Shown: positions 33,538 through 47,631, counted from the stretch's first letter. The stretch is 64,000 nucleotides of DNA from an uncultured delta proteobacterium (GCA_963814585.1 CAWFDF010000012.1:288001-352000); one strand, 5' to 3'. Notes: generated from the letters alone by a model not told the origin. A program made the numbers and translations.

Positions 33538-34377
33538 CTATCTCTCCCCCCACCGCAGCTTCGCCCGCAGGATCCCGAAGAAGTCGAGCTTGGGGTTCTG
33601 CACCAGCAGCACCCGGTTGTACGACTGCTTCACCTGCACCCGGTCGCCCCGCTTCAGCGCCGGCCCCTTCCTGCCGTCCAGGGTCAGGAAGGTCTCGGCG
33701 TCGTTCATGAGCAGGATGTCGAGGGTCTCGTCGTCGGGCACCACCAGCGGCCGCTGGGTGAGGGTGTGGGGGCAGATGGGGGCCAGCACCACGCCGCGCA
33801 TGGTGGGGAAGAGGATGGGCCCCATGGCCGCCAGCGCGTAGGCCGTCGAGCCGGTGGGCGTGGCCACGATGACGCCGTCGGCCTTGAAGGTGCAGACGTA
33901 CTGGCGGGTGCAGCGCACGTCGAGCTCCGCCATGCGGCTGAACGGGCTCTTGGAGATGACCACGTCGTTGAGCACCTCGGTGTCGAGCGCCCGCTCCGGC
34001 GAGCCGCCCTGGTGCAGGTGCACGCGCAGCTTCATGCGCGGGGAGACGGTGGCCTTCCCTTCCAGCACCGTCTCCAGCATCGGGTACATCTCGCTCTGCG
34101 GCGTCTCGGTCATGAAGCCGAGGCTGCCCATGTTGATGCCGAGGATGGGCGCGGCCCGCCCTCCCAGCAGCGAGGACGCGTGGATGAGCGTGCCGTCGCC
34201 GCCCAGCACCACCACCAGGTCGGAGTCGCGGCCGATGGCCTCCTCGTCGGTGAGGACCTCCACCCCCCGGTTGCGCAGGAACTGTGTGACGAGCAGCGCC
34301 GTCTCGGTCGCCTCGGCCGAGCTGACCTTGGGGACGACGCCGACGCGCTTGGGAACGGGGCACGGGTGGCCAGCCAT
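33538..34377 (-). CDS. nadK: NAD(+) kinase
   Basis: LGGDGT, GINMGSLGF, VLND, DGVIVATPTGSTAY, PICPH. Confidence 0.96.
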   Translation of the reverse strand: MAGHPCPVPKRVGVVPKVSSAEATETALLVTQFLRNRGVEVLTDEEAIGRDSDLVVVLGGDGTLIHASSLLGGRAAPILGINMGSLGFMTETPQSEMYPMLETVLEGKATVSPRMKLRVHLHQGGSPERALDTEVLNDVVISKSPFSRMAELDVRCTRQYVCTFKADGVIVATPTGSTAYALAAMGPILFPTMRGVVLAPICPHTLTQRPLVVPDDETLDILLMNDAETFLTLDGRKGPALKRGDRVQVKQSYNRVLLVQNPKLDFFGILRAKLRWGER

Positions 34378-34399
34378 CGCCGTATGATATCCGAAGGGC
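34378..34399. promoter_or_regulatory. Bidirectional promoter with overlapping -10 elements (nadK/rarA)
   Basis: 22-bp gap; TATGAT on + (34383-34388) and TATCAT on - (34384-34389). Confidence 0.65.
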
Positions 34400-35710
<1,311 letters not shown>

Positions 35711-35714
35711 CGCC

Positions 35715-36011
35715 CTACCCCGCCCACTCCCCGCGCCCGGCCAGCCGGGCCAGCAAGGGGCCGAGCCACGGCCGGACCACCAGCTGGATCTCCAGGCCGT
35801 CCGCCAGGTCGCCGCGCGCCTCGAGCACCTGCCGCAGGCCGTCGAGAATCGGGCCGGTGGCCTCGTGCTCGCCGCGCGGCTCGGGGACCAGGTCGAGCGC
35901 CTCGACGAAGCAGGCGAGCGCCTCGGCGTTCTCCCCGAGGTGGGCGTGGCGATGGCCCTCGGCGGTGAGCCAGCCCACCTCGTGCCTCCAGACGGATTTC
36001 ACGGAATCCAA
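35715..36011 (-). CDS. Small hypothetical protein (98 aa) with TPR-like helix pair
   Basis: GGAGG SD before TTG 36011; AEGHRHAHLGENAEALACFVEALDLVP; GC3-rich codons. Confidence 0.55.
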   Translation of the reverse strand: MDSVKSVWRHEVGWLTAEGHRHAHLGENAEALACFVEALDLVPEPRGEHEATGPILDGLRQVLEARGDLADGLEIQLVVRPWLGPLLARLAGRGEWAG

Positions 36012-36146
36012 GCCACACCTCCACGCGCCACGATGATCCGGAGGGCGCCCGGTGCCCAGTCTCCAAAGGTGTCCTGACCCAAGCTGGCCCGGTCCTCGGT
36101 GACCCGTGCGCGGCCGCGCGCGCCGATCCGGGTTAGGTTCCATGGC

Positions 36147-36784
36147 GTGATCGCCTACCTCCACGGCTTCGCCTCCGGCCCCTCCTCGCGAAAGGCGCGC
36201 GCCATCCAGGACCACTTCGCCGGCCGCGGGGTGGCGGTCACGGTGCCGGACCTGACCCCGGGCCGGGATGGCTTCGAGCGCTCCACGCCGCTCTCCATGC
36301 TGGGCGTGGCCCGGGCCGTGCTCGGCGCCGCCCCCGGTCCGCACGCCCTCATCGGCTCGTCGCTGGGGGGCTACCTCTCGGCGCTGCAGGCCTCGGGCGA
36401 TCCGCGCATCGCCCGGCTGGTCCTGCTCGCTCCCGCCTTCAGGCTGTTCGAGCGCTGGAACGCGCGCCTCAACTCCGCGCAGCTCGCCGAGTGGCGCGAG
36501 CACGGCCTCGAGGTCGACCACCACGTCAGCAACGACCGGCGCCGCCTCGGCTGGCAGTTCCACCAGGGGGCCGCCGGACTGCCACCCTTCCCGGAGGTGA
36601 AGGTGCCGGCGCTGGTGATCGCGGGGCGGCGCGACGAGTCGATCCCGCTCGAGGACATCGAGGCGTGGGTGGCGCGGACACCGTCGGCGCGGCTGGTGGT
36701 GGTCGACGACGGCCACGAGCTGGCCGGCTCGCTCGACCTGATCCAGCGCCAGGCCTTCGACTTCCTGCGCCCGCTGCAAGAAGG

Positions 36785-36788
<4 letters not shown>
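36147..36788 (+). CDS. YqiA/YcfP family alpha/beta hydrolase
   Basis: YLHGFASGPSSRKA, GSSLGG nucleophile elbow, DE and GH triad residues. Confidence 0.9.
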
Positions 36789-39821
<3,033 letters not shown>

Positions 39822-39902
39822 GACTCCCTCCACCGTGCACGGGTCGGTCCACGGACCCGCCCCGACGAGCTCCCGGAAATCGAGTGCTTGAGGTTATAGG
39901 CA

Positions 39903-39929
39903 CCCGGGTCTTATCTGCCCCGGGTCTTA
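39903..39929. repeat. 11-bp direct repeat upstream of the kinase promoter
   Basis: CCCGGGTCTTA at 39903-39913 and 39919-39929, just upstream of TATAAC (-10 on minus strand, 39893-39898). Confidence 0.7.
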
Positions 39930-40924
39930 CCGGACCCGCATCCGGCCCTCAGCCACGCTCCGGCTCGCGGCCGGATCTTCTGGGCCTGGTACAGGCAGAT
40001 GTTGTTCCGGCCCGACCGCTTGGCCTGGTAGAGCGCCTCGTCGGCGAACTTCACCAGGAGCTCGGCGGTGATGATGTCCTTCGACGGGAAGAAGGCCAGC
40101 CCCAGCGAGGCGGTCACCCGGACCTCCGCCACCGCCGCCTGGCCCACCGCCGGGACCTCCTGCCGGTAGACCTTGTCCCTCAGCCCACGCCAGACGCGCT
40201 CCGCCACCGTGAGCGCGCCGCCGAGGTGGGTCTTGGGGAGGATGACCGCGAACTCCTCGCCGCCGTAGCGGGAGCAGATGTCGGGATCGCGCACCGAGGC
40301 CTTGATGGCCGCGGCCGCGTCCCGCAGCACCACGTCGCCCATCTGGTGGCCATACCGATCGTTGACCTCCTTGAAGTGGTCGAGGTCGATCATCATCAGG
40401 GAGACGGGGTCGCTGTAGCGCTGGGCGCGGCCGAACTCCTCGGGCAGCCGCTCGTCGAAGAAGCGGCGGTTCTTGAGGCCGGTGAGGCTGTCGGTGACCG
40501 ACTGCTCCTCGAGGCTGCGGCGCGTGGCGCGGAGCTGGTCCTGCAGCAGCTTGATGCGCAGCATGGCGGCGCAGCGGGCCAGGATCTCCGCCTCGGCGAA
40601 CGGCTTGGCGATGAAGTCGTCGGCGCCGATCCGCAGCCCCTCCACCTTGGAGTCCACGTCGCTCTTCACCGAGAGGATGATGACCGGCAGGAACCGCTCG
40701 TCGGGACGCGCCTTCACCAGCCGCAGCACCTCCAGGCCGTCCATGTCCGGAAGGATCATGTCCAGCAGCACGAGATCGGGCGCCAGGGTGCGGGCCTTGA
40801 CGACGGCGTCGCGGCCGGTGGCGGCGGTGACCACGTCATAGCCGTCGCGCAGCAGCACCTGGACCAGCCAGTCGAGCTGGGTGGGGCTGTCGTCGACGAC
40901 CAGGATGCGGGGGCTGGTGGCCAC
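39911..40924 (-). CDS. Response-regulator diguanylate cyclase (REC-GGDEF)
   Basis: LVVDDS..LDMILP, DSLTGLKNRR, DLDHFK, RDPD I-site, RYGGEEF. Confidence 0.93.
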   Translation of the reverse strand: MATSPRILVVDDSPTQLDWLVQVLLRDGYDVVTAATGRDAVVKARTLAPDLVLLDMILPDMDGLEVLRLVKARPDERFLPVIILSVKSDVDSKVEGLRIGADDFIAKPFAEAEILARCAAMLRIKLLQDQLRATRRSLEEQSVTDSLTGLKNRRFFDERLPEEFGRAQRYSDPVSLMMIDLDHFKEVNDRYGHQMGDVVLRDAAAAIKASVRDPDICSRYGGEEFAVILPKTHLGGALTVAERVWRGLRDKVYRQEVPAVGQAAVAEVRVTASLGLAFFPSKDIITAELLVKFADEALYQAKRSGRNNICLYQAQKIRPRAGAWLRAGCGSGKTRGR

Positions 40925-41049
40925 CGGAGGAGTATCCCCGGAAGGCCGCCGCAGTGCCATACGGGGACGGAGCCTGGAGCCTTCCTGGAGCGCTCATGGG
41001 CCTCCGCCGTGCCGGCGGCGCCGGTAGGCGCCGCCCGGGGAGGGCGGGG

Positions 41050-42390
41050 TCAGCGCAGCCGCTCGTACACGTCGGCGGGGATGACCGGGGCCAGGCCGCC
41101 GCCGCCGAGGATGTTCACGATCGGCGACGCCGCCGCCCGCACCACCGAGCCGCCCGGCCGCGAGGGCCCCAGCCCGCAGTAGGTCGAGAGGTCGCGGTAG
41201 AGGTCGCCGCGCGTCTCCTCGTCCCCGGCGATCCGGGTGGCCGCCTTGCGGACCGCGAAGATCCGCTCCTGGGCCACGAAGCCGCCGCCTCGGCGGTCGG
41301 CCAGGGCCTCGTCCACGGCGCGCTCCCAGGCCGCCTGGTCCAGCTCGGCGCCGAGGTGGACCGACTTGCCGCCGTAGTCCCAGCTCCGCTTCAGCACGAA
41401 GCGCCGCCGCTCCGCCTTGACCCGCGACGCCAGCGCCGGGTCGAGCCGCCGCGTCCACGGCAGCCGCGCCGCCGCGCCGCGCTCGGCGGCGTCGAGCCCG
41501 GCCCGGTCCGCCAGCGCCACGTCCTCGGCGCACTCGGAGAGGCGCGCGAAGAGGGCCTTGGCCTCCAGCAGCCCGTTGACCGGGTTGTAGACGGGGTAGC
41601 GGCCCGGCGCGAGGAGCGCCCTGGCGAACGGGGCGTCGGGCGGCACGTTGTGGGCCCACACGTGCCGGTAGAGGAGGTCCCAGTCCTCCGGCACGCACCC
41701 GGTGGGGAGCAGGTTCTCCACGGCGTGCCCCTGGGCGCGGAAGTGGGCCTCCAGCCGCCGCAGCTCCCCGATCTGCGAGTCGCCGGGCCGGGCCACGATG
41801 GCGATCGACGGGCGGGCCTTTCCGCCGCCGCGGGCCCGGTAGGCCGCCACCAGGGCCTGGCGCAGCCGCTCCATGTGGCTGCCACAGGCGGACACCAGCT
41901 CCCCCGCTTCCCGCTCGGTCCGGCCCCTCGCCCGCGCCGCCGCCCGCAGCCAGGCGTGGGCGGCGAGGTCGGCATAGGCCGGCATGGCCGGGATGGTGGC
42001 GTTCAGCTCCAGCGCCCGGGGCGCGCCGCCGCCCTCGGGGATGAGGTAGTCGACGCGGGCCACCATCACCGGCAGTGGCGCCTCCTCGAAGAGCCTGCCC
42101 ATGGCCTCGGCCTCGAGCCCGGAGAAGGGCTCGACCAGCGCCGCCCGGTCTCGCTGGTCGCCGCCCCGGAGCAGGGCCCGCGCCAGCTTCACCGCGCCGG
42201 AGAGGATCAGCTCGGCCTCGCGCCCGGCGGCCAGCAGCTCGTCTCGGCCGAAGACCTCGGGCTCGGCCAGCAGCGGGATGGGGACCACCGTCCCGTCGGG
42301 CTTGCGCACCGTCATGCCGCCGTCCCAGGCCCGCCGTGCCGCGGCCCGCCCCACCTCGACCGCCGCCTGGCCCTCGAAGATCGGCTCCAT
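41050..42390 (-). CDS. Circularly permuted ATP-grasp / glutathionylspermidine-synthase-like ligase (putative)
   Basis: ARVDYL..ALELNAT, FVLKRSWDYGGKSVHLG, FVAQERI; GGAGG SD. Confidence 0.6.
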   Translation of the reverse strand: MEPIFEGQAAVEVGRAAARRAWDGGMTVRKPDGTVVPIPLLAEPEVFGRDELLAAGREAELILSGAVKLARALLRGGDQRDRAALVEPFSGLEAEAMGRLFEEAPLPVMVARVDYLIPEGGGAPRALELNATIPAMPAYADLAAHAWLRAAARARGRTEREAGELVSACGSHMERLRQALVAAYRARGGGKARPSIAIVARPGDSQIGELRRLEAHFRAQGHAVENLLPTGCVPEDWDLLYRHVWAHNVPPDAPFARALLAPGRYPVYNPVNGLLEAKALFARLSECAEDVALADRAGLDAAERGAAARLPWTRRLDPALASRVKAERRRFVLKRSWDYGGKSVHLGAELDQAAWERAVDEALADRRGGGFVAQERIFAVRKAATRIAGDEETRGDLYRDLSTYCGLGPSRPGGSVVRAAASPIVNILGGGGLAPVIPADVYERLR

Positions 42391-42463
42391 CCTCCCCCTC
42401 TCCCCACCAGCCCTCAGGCCCGCGATTGCCGCGGCCCGGGCACCGGTGATAGGCACGTCGTCG

Positions 42464-43027
42464 ATGAAGATCTACACGAAGAGCGGGGACGGGGGAGAGA
42501 CCGGCCTGTTCGGCGGGGGGCGGGTCCGCAAGAGCGAGGCCCGGGTGGAGGCCTACGGCGAGGTGGACGAGGCCAATGCCGCCATCGGCGCCGCCCGCGC
42601 CGCGCTCTCCGACCCGGAGCTCGACGCCGAGCTGGGGCGCGTCCAGGCGGAGCTCTTCACCATCGGCGCGGAGCTGGCCAGCCCGCACGGGGCCGCGGCC
42701 CGGGGCGCGGTGCCGGCCATCGACCCGTCCTGGGCCTCGCGGCTGGAGCAGGCCATGGACCGCTGGGACGCCGAGCTCCCCGAGCTGCGGTCCTTCGTGC
42801 TCCCCGGCGGGACCGCGGGGGCCGCCGCGCTCCACCTCGCCCGCTGCGTCTGCCGCCGCGCCGAGCGGCGAGTGGTGGCGCTGGCCGACCAGGTCGAGGT
42901 CGATCCCGGCGCCCTCGTCTACCTGAACCGGCTCTCCGACCTGCTCTTCGTGGCGGCCCGCGTCGCCAACCTGCGGTCCGGCCGGGCCGAGACCTCCTGG
43001 GATCCCAGGGGGGATCGCCGGGCATGA
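42464..43027 (+). CDS. ATP:cob(I)alamin adenosyltransferase, PduO type
   Basis: MKIYTKSGDGGET, AYGEVDEAN, FVLPGG, CRRAER, YLNRLSDLLF. Confidence 0.95.
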   Translation: MKIYTKSGDGGETGLFGGGRVRKSEARVEAYGEVDEANAAIGAARAALSDPELDAELGRVQAELFTIGAELASPHGAAARGAVPAIDPSWASRLEQAMDRWDAELPELRSFVLPGGTAGAAALHLARCVCRRAERRVVALADQVEVDPGALVYLNRLSDLLFVAARVANLRSGRAETSWDPRGDRRA

Positions 43028-43734
43028 CCGCCGCCCGCCAGGTGGCGCTGGTGACCGGCGCCGGCGTGCGCGTCGGCCAGGCCATCGCGCGCCACCTCGC
43101 GGACCACGGCTACCTGGTGGCGGCCCACTACCGCTCGCACCGGCCTCGCGGCTTCGCGGTGGCCCTCCAGGCCGACCTGGCCGCGCCCGGCGGCCCCGAG
43201 GAGCTGGCCGCCGCCTTCCGGGCCCGCTTCTCCCGGCTCGACCTGCTGGTCAACTCGGCCGCCGGCTTCGAGGCGCGGAGCCTCGAGCTCACCGACGCCG
43301 CCGCCTTCGACGCCCAGATGGATCTCAACGCCCGGGCCCCACTCCTCCTCACCCGGGCGCTCCTGCCGCTGCTGCGCCGCGCCCGCGGCTGCGTGGTCAA
43401 CGTGGCCGACGTGGGTGGCGGCCTGGTGGCCTGGAGGGGGTACGCCGCCTACGGTGCCTCCAAGGCGGCGCTGGTCCGGCTGACCGAGTGCCTGGCGCTG
43501 GAGCTGGCGCCGCGGGTGCGGGTCAACGCCGTGGCGCCCGGGACCGTCCTCTGGCCCGGGAGCGCCAGCGCCGCGTCGCGGCGCCGGCTGGCGGCGCGCA
43601 TCCCGCTGGGCCGGGCCGGCACGCCGCTCGACGTGGCCGCGGCGGTCCTGTACCTGGCCGGGGCACCCTTCGTCACCGGGGCGGTCCTGCCGGTGGATGG
43701 CGGCCGCCGGCTCGACGGGAGGACCGGTGGGTGA
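43024..43734 (+). CDS. SDR oxidoreductase (pteridine reductase/FolM-like)
   Basis: VTGAGVRVG, LVNSAA, YGASK, VNAVAPG, VDGG; ATGA coupling. Confidence 0.85.
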   Translation: MTAARQVALVTGAGVRVGQAIARHLADHGYLVAAHYRSHRPRGFAVALQADLAAPGGPEELAAAFRARFSRLDLLVNSAAGFEARSLELTDAAAFDAQMDLNARAPLLLTRALLPLLRRARGCVVNVADVGGGLVAWRGYAAYGASKAALVRLTECLALELAPRVRVNAVAPGTVLWPGSASAASRRRLAARIPLGRAGTPLDVAAAVLYLAGAPFVTGAVLPVDGGRRLDGRTGG

Positions 43735-43930
43735 CCCGGGGCGTCCTCGGCGCGACCCTCCCGGGGGCCCTCGAAGCGATCGTTGACGAGGGTCCGGGGG
43801 ACGCTCGGATGCCGCCTGGTCCCGGGCCATCCAGGCCGGACGGTTCCGTTGAAGCGGCCCAGCCGCCCTGTTAGACTCCTTGCGTTCAATCAAGTCCGGG
43901 GCCTGCCCCCGGGAAGGAACGGAAGAACAC

Positions 43931-44308
43931 ATGGAAGCGACCACGACGGCAGTTCCGCAGGCAGCCGAGCTCGGCATGGACAACTTCGTCACCCTCACGG
44001 ACAAGGCCGTGGAGATGGTGAAGGACGCGATGCAGCGCGAGGGGTTGGCCGGCCACGGCATCCGCATCGGCGTGATGGGCGGCGGCTGCTCCGGGTTCCA
44101 GTACTCGATGGACTTCGAGAACGAGCCCAAGGCCGGCGACGTGACGCTGGAGCAGGGCGGCATCCGGCTCTTCGTGGACGCCATGAGCTCCATGTACCTG
44201 CAGGGCGTGACCGTCGACTACGTGGTCGGGCTGCAGGGGGCCGGGTTCAAGTTCAACAACCCGAACGCCAAGAGCACCTGCGGCTGCGGGTCGTCGTTCC
44301 AGGCCTAG
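43931..44308 (+). CDS. erpA: A-type Fe-S cluster carrier (ErpA/IscA)
   Basis: GGGCSGFQY, VDY, GFKFNNPNAKSTCGCGSSF. Confidence 0.88.
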   Translation: MEATTTAVPQAAELGMDNFVTLTDKAVEMVKDAMQREGLAGHGIRIGVMGGGCSGFQYSMDFENEPKAGDVTLEQGGIRLFVDAMSSMYLQGVTVDYVVGLQGAGFKFNNPNAKSTCGCGSSFQA

Positions 44309-44332
44309 CGCCGCTCCTCGCGAGTGAATCCC

Positions 44333-44369
44333 GGGCCGGTGGGGCGATCCCCCTCCGGCCCTTCGTCTT
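44333..44369 (+). terminator. Probable intrinsic terminator after erpA
   Basis: GGGCCGG-T-GGGG/CCCC-T-CCGGCCC stem followed by TTCGTCTT. Confidence 0.55.
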
Positions 44370-44384
44370 GGTGGGGTCGCCGCC

Positions 44385-45041
44385 ATGCTGATCGTCCGCA
44401 GCGCCGAGGTGGGGCCGTTCGCCATGAACGCCTGGCTGGCGGCCTGCTCCGAGACCGGCGAGGCGGTGCTCATCGACCCCGGCGCCGAGATCCCGAGGGT
44501 GCTCCGGCTGAGGGAGCCGGAGGGGTTCGTGGTGAAGCGGATCCTGCTCACCCACGGCCACGTCGACCACGCCGCCGGGGCGGCCGAGGCGCGCGAGGCC
44601 ACCGGCGCGCCGGTTGCCATCCACCCGGGCGACCTGCCCTGGCTCACGGCGCTGCCGCAGCAGGCGGCCATGTTCGGCCTCCGGGGAGCCCGGCCGCTGG
44701 TCCCGGACGCCCGGCTCGCCGACGGCGAGGTGATCCGGTTCGGGCGGCAGTCGGCCACCGTGCTCCACACCCCCGGCCACTGCCAGGGCTCGGTGAGCTT
44801 CTGGTTCGAGGAGGCCGGGGTGGTCTTCACCGGCGACACGCTCTTCCGGGGCTCGGTGGGGCGGACCGACCTCCCCGGCGGCGACTTCGACGCGCTGGCC
44901 GAGTCGATCGCCAGGCGGCTCTTCACGCTGGGTGACGAGGTCAGGTTCTTCCCCGGCCACGGGCCGGGCGGGACCATCGGCGAGGAGCGGCTCGACAACC
45001 CGTTCGTCGGCAAGAAGGCGCGCCAGGGCCGGTTCGTCTAG
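44385..45041 (+). CDS. MBL-fold metallo-hydrolase (glyoxalase II-like)
   Basis: THGHVDH, HTPGH, GDTLF..GRTDLPGG, PGHG. Confidence 0.92.
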   Translation: MLIVRSAEVGPFAMNAWLAACSETGEAVLIDPGAEIPRVLRLREPEGFVVKRILLTHGHVDHAAGAAEAREATGAPVAIHPGDLPWLTALPQQAAMFGLRGARPLVPDARLADGEVIRFGRQSATVLHTPGHCQGSVSFWFEEAGVVFTGDTLFRGSVGRTDLPGGDFDALAESIARRLFTLGDEVRFFPGHGPGGTIGEERLDNPFVGKKARQGRFV

Positions 45042-45079
45042 CCGCCTCGTCGCGGCGGCCGGGGGTCACGGGATGCGCC

Positions 45080-45904
45080 CTACCGCATCGACACCACGCC
45101 CATGATGTTCTGGCCGGCGTCGACGTGGAGCACCTCGCCGGTGACGTTCTTGCCCAGCTCGGAGCAGAGGTAGAGGGCGGCGCGGGCCACGTCCTCGTGG
45201 CCGATGTTGCGGCGCAGCGGGGTCTTCTCGGCGTTCTCGCCCAGCATGGTCCGCATCCCCTTGATGCCGGCGGCGGCCAGGGTCTTCAGCGGCCCGGCGC
45301 TGATGGCGTTGACGCGGATGTGATCCGGGCCGAGATCCTCGGCCAGGTAGCGGGTGGAGGCCTCCAGCGCCGCCTTGGCCACGCCGGCGACGTTGTAGTT
45401 GGGGACCACCTTCTCGGAGCCGTAGTAGCTCAGGCAGACCACGCTGCCGCCGTCCGGCATGAACGGCAGGGCGGCGCGGGTCAGCGCGATGAGCGAGTAG
45501 GCCGAGACGTCCAGGCTGATCCGGAAGGCCTCGCGCGAGGTGACCATGGTGAAGCGCCCGTCCAGCGCCTCGCGCGGCGTGTAGGCGATGGAGTGGACCA
45601 GGATGTCGAAGCGGTCCCAGTGCTTCTTCAGGGCGGAGAAGCAGGCCTCGATGCTGGCGTCCTGCCCCACGTCGCAGTCGAGGATGGCCACCGGCTGGAG
45701 CTGCTGCGCCACCGGGATGACCCGCTTGCCCATGGCCTCGCCCGGGTAGGTGAAGGCCAGCTCGGCCCCCTCGGCGTGGAAGGCCTCGGCGATGGCCCAG
45801 GCGATGGAGCGGTCGTTGGCCACCCCGGTGATGAGGGCGCGCTGGCCCCGGAGGAGGCCACCGAGCGGCTGGTGCGGGTAGACCGGGGTGTAGGCGTCAC
45901 TCAT
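45080..45904 (-). CDS. fabI: Enoyl-ACP reductase
   Basis: GVANDRSIAWAIA, VHSIA, YNVAGVAKAALE, NAISAGPLKTLAA. Confidence 0.94.
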   Translation of the reverse strand: MSDAYTPVYPHQPLGGLLRGQRALITGVANDRSIAWAIAEAFHAEGAELAFTYPGEAMGKRVIPVAQQLQPVAILDCDVGQDASIEACFSALKKHWDRFDILVHSIAYTPREALDGRFTMVTSREAFRISLDVSAYSLIALTRAALPFMPDGGSVVCLSYYGSEKVVPNYNVAGVAKAALEASTRYLAEDLGPDHIRVNAISAGPLKTLAAAGIKGMRTMLGENAEKTPLRRNIGHEDVARAALYLCSELGKNVTGEVLHVDAGQNIMGVVSMR

Positions 45905-46253
45905 GGTGTCCTCGTCCTTCGGCCTCGGGTTGTTGCGAGCGGAGGGCCTCGAGGGCTCCTTCCAGCTCACCGCGTGCGTGGAGATCCTGCCGGCGGGACG
46001 CCACGGCCATGCCGTCCCGGTAGGCCGTGGCCGCCTCGCCGCCCCGGCCCGCCGCCTCGAGCGTCTGCCCGAGCATCAGCCAGGTGGGGACGTAGTCCGG
46101 CGCCCGCGCCGCGAGCTCCCGGAAGGCCTGCACGGCCTCGCCGAGCCGGCCCATGCCCCGGAGGTGCATGGCCAGCCCGTAGCGGGTGAAGGGATCGTCG
46201 GGCCTGGCCTGCACGAGCTTCTGGAAGGCCTCGAGCCGTTGCTCTTCGGTCAT
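45897..46253 (-). CDS. Small TPR protein
   Basis: PDDPFTRYGLA..PDYVPTWLMLGQ..A..YRDG TPR helices. Confidence 0.82.
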   Translation of the reverse strand: MTEEQRLEAFQKLVQARPDDPFTRYGLAMHLRGMGRLGEAVQAFRELAARAPDYVPTWLMLGQTLEAAGRGGEAATAYRDGMAVASRRQDLHARGELEGALEALRSQQPEAEGRGHHE

Positions 46254-46317
46254 CGAACCGCGCTACATACACGAATCGAGCGCGTGGGTCCACGACCCGC
46301 GGTGCTACGCTCCTGGC

Positions 46318-46917
46318 GTGTCCGTCCCCTACCCCGACATCACCGGCGCGCTCATCGCCGGGGGCCGCGCCGCTCGCATGGGGGGGGTGCCCAAGGGCCT
46401 GCTGCGGCTCGAGGGGCGGCCCGTGCTGGCGCGCTCGCTCGACCTCTTCGGGAGGCTCTTCGGCGCCTCGCTGCTGGTGGTCAACGACCCCTCGCCGTAC
46501 CAGGGCTTCGAGGTGGACCAGCTCGCCGATCTCCTCCCCGACCGCGGCGCGCCGGGCGGACTTCACGCGGCGTTGACGGCGTCGAGGACGCCGTGGGTCT
46601 TCGCCGCCGGCTGCGACATGCCGTTCCTCTCGGCCGCGGGAATCGCGCTGCTGGCGGCCCGCCGCGCCGGGGCCCCGGCGGTGGTGCCGCGCTGGGACGG
46701 CCGGTTCGAGCCGCTGCACGCCCTCTGGTCGCGGGAGGCGCTGCCCGCGCTGGAGCGGGCGCTGGCCGATGGGGACCTGTCGATGCAGAGGCTGGTCGCG
46801 CTGGTGGGAGCCGCGGTGGTCGAGGCCGACGAGTGGCGCGGCGTCGATCCCGAAGGCCGGGCCTTCCTGAACGCCAACACCCCGGACGAGGCCTCGCGGA
46901 TGGGCCTGTCGAGCTGA
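46318..46917 (+). CDS. mobA: Molybdenum cofactor guanylyltransferase
   Basis: IAGGRAARMGG..KG, GAPGGLHAAL, GCDMPF, EPLHA, NANTP. Confidence 0.92.
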   Translation: MSVPYPDITGALIAGGRAARMGGVPKGLLRLEGRPVLARSLDLFGRLFGASLLVVNDPSPYQGFEVDQLADLLPDRGAPGGLHAALTASRTPWVFAAGCDMPFLSAAGIALLAARRAGAPAVVPRWDGRFEPLHALWSREALPALERALADGDLSMQRLVALVGAAVVEADEWRGVDPEGRAFLNANTPDEASRMGLSS

Positions 46918-47016
46918 CGCTCCGCCGGTGGCGGCCGCGACCTCGCGCCGATCCGCTGGCGGAGGCGGGCGGAGCCGGTGTGGCGACCTCGCCCGGGGGC
47001 CGTTACATCTCCGGAC

Positions 47017-47631
47017 ATGTCCCTGAAGGTGACCCTCTACACCGACATCGTCTGCCCCTTCTGCTTCATCGCCGAGGTGAGCAGCGTGCGCCGGCTGCAG
47101 GAGGAGTACGACGTCGAGCTCGACTGGCGGGGCTTCGAGCTCCACCCCGACACGCCGCCGGGCGGCCGCCGCCTGGCGGACGTCTTCGGCGAGGAGCGCA
47201 GCCAGGCCATGCGCGGGTACCTGACGCGTTTCGCCGCCGAGTTCGGCGTCACCGGCATGACCTTCCGCGACGTGATGCCGAGCACGCGCCGCGCGCTGGC
47301 GGTCGCCGAGTTCGCCCGTGACCAGGGCAAGCTCCACGCCTTCCGCGCCGCCGCCATGGAGGCGGCCTGGCGCCACGGACAGGACGTCGAGGATCCCGAG
47401 GTGCTGGCCCTGTGCGCCCGGGCCGCCGGGCTCGACCCGGTGGCGGCGGTCGAGGCCTTCGACGAGCCCACCTACCTGGCCCGGGTGATGACCATGGGCG
47501 CCGAGGCGCGCCGCACCGGCGTCACCGGCGTCCCCACCCTGCTGGTCGGAGGACGGCGCGTGGTCGGGTGCCAGCCCTACCAGGCGCTGGCGGAGGCGGC
47601 CGAGGCCGAGGGGGCGAAGCGGCGGGCCTGA
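47017..47631 (+). CDS. DsbA/FrnE family thiol-disulfide oxidoreductase
   Basis: DIVCPFC, FELHP, GVTGVPT, GCQP. Confidence 0.88.
   Translation: MSLKVTLYTDIVCPFCFIAEVSSVRRLQEEYDVELDWRGFELHPDTPPGGRRLADVFGEERSQAMRGYLTRFAAEFGVTGMTFRDVMPSTRRALAVAEFARDQGKLHAFRAAAMEAAWRHGQDVEDPEVLALCARAAGLDPVAAVEAFDEPTYLARVMTMGAEARRTGVTGVPTLLVGGRRVVGCQPYQALAEAAEAEGAKRRA

Noticed and set aside
39911..39975. Possible frameshift in the DGC C-terminal tail (atypical codons, runs into the downstream repeat)
   Set aside because: The GGDEF domain is complete and the tail cannot be judged without homologs.
42391..42463. Cobalamin riboswitch upstream of the adenosyltransferase
   Set aside because: The gap is only 73 bp, holds divergent promoter signals and has no B12-box.
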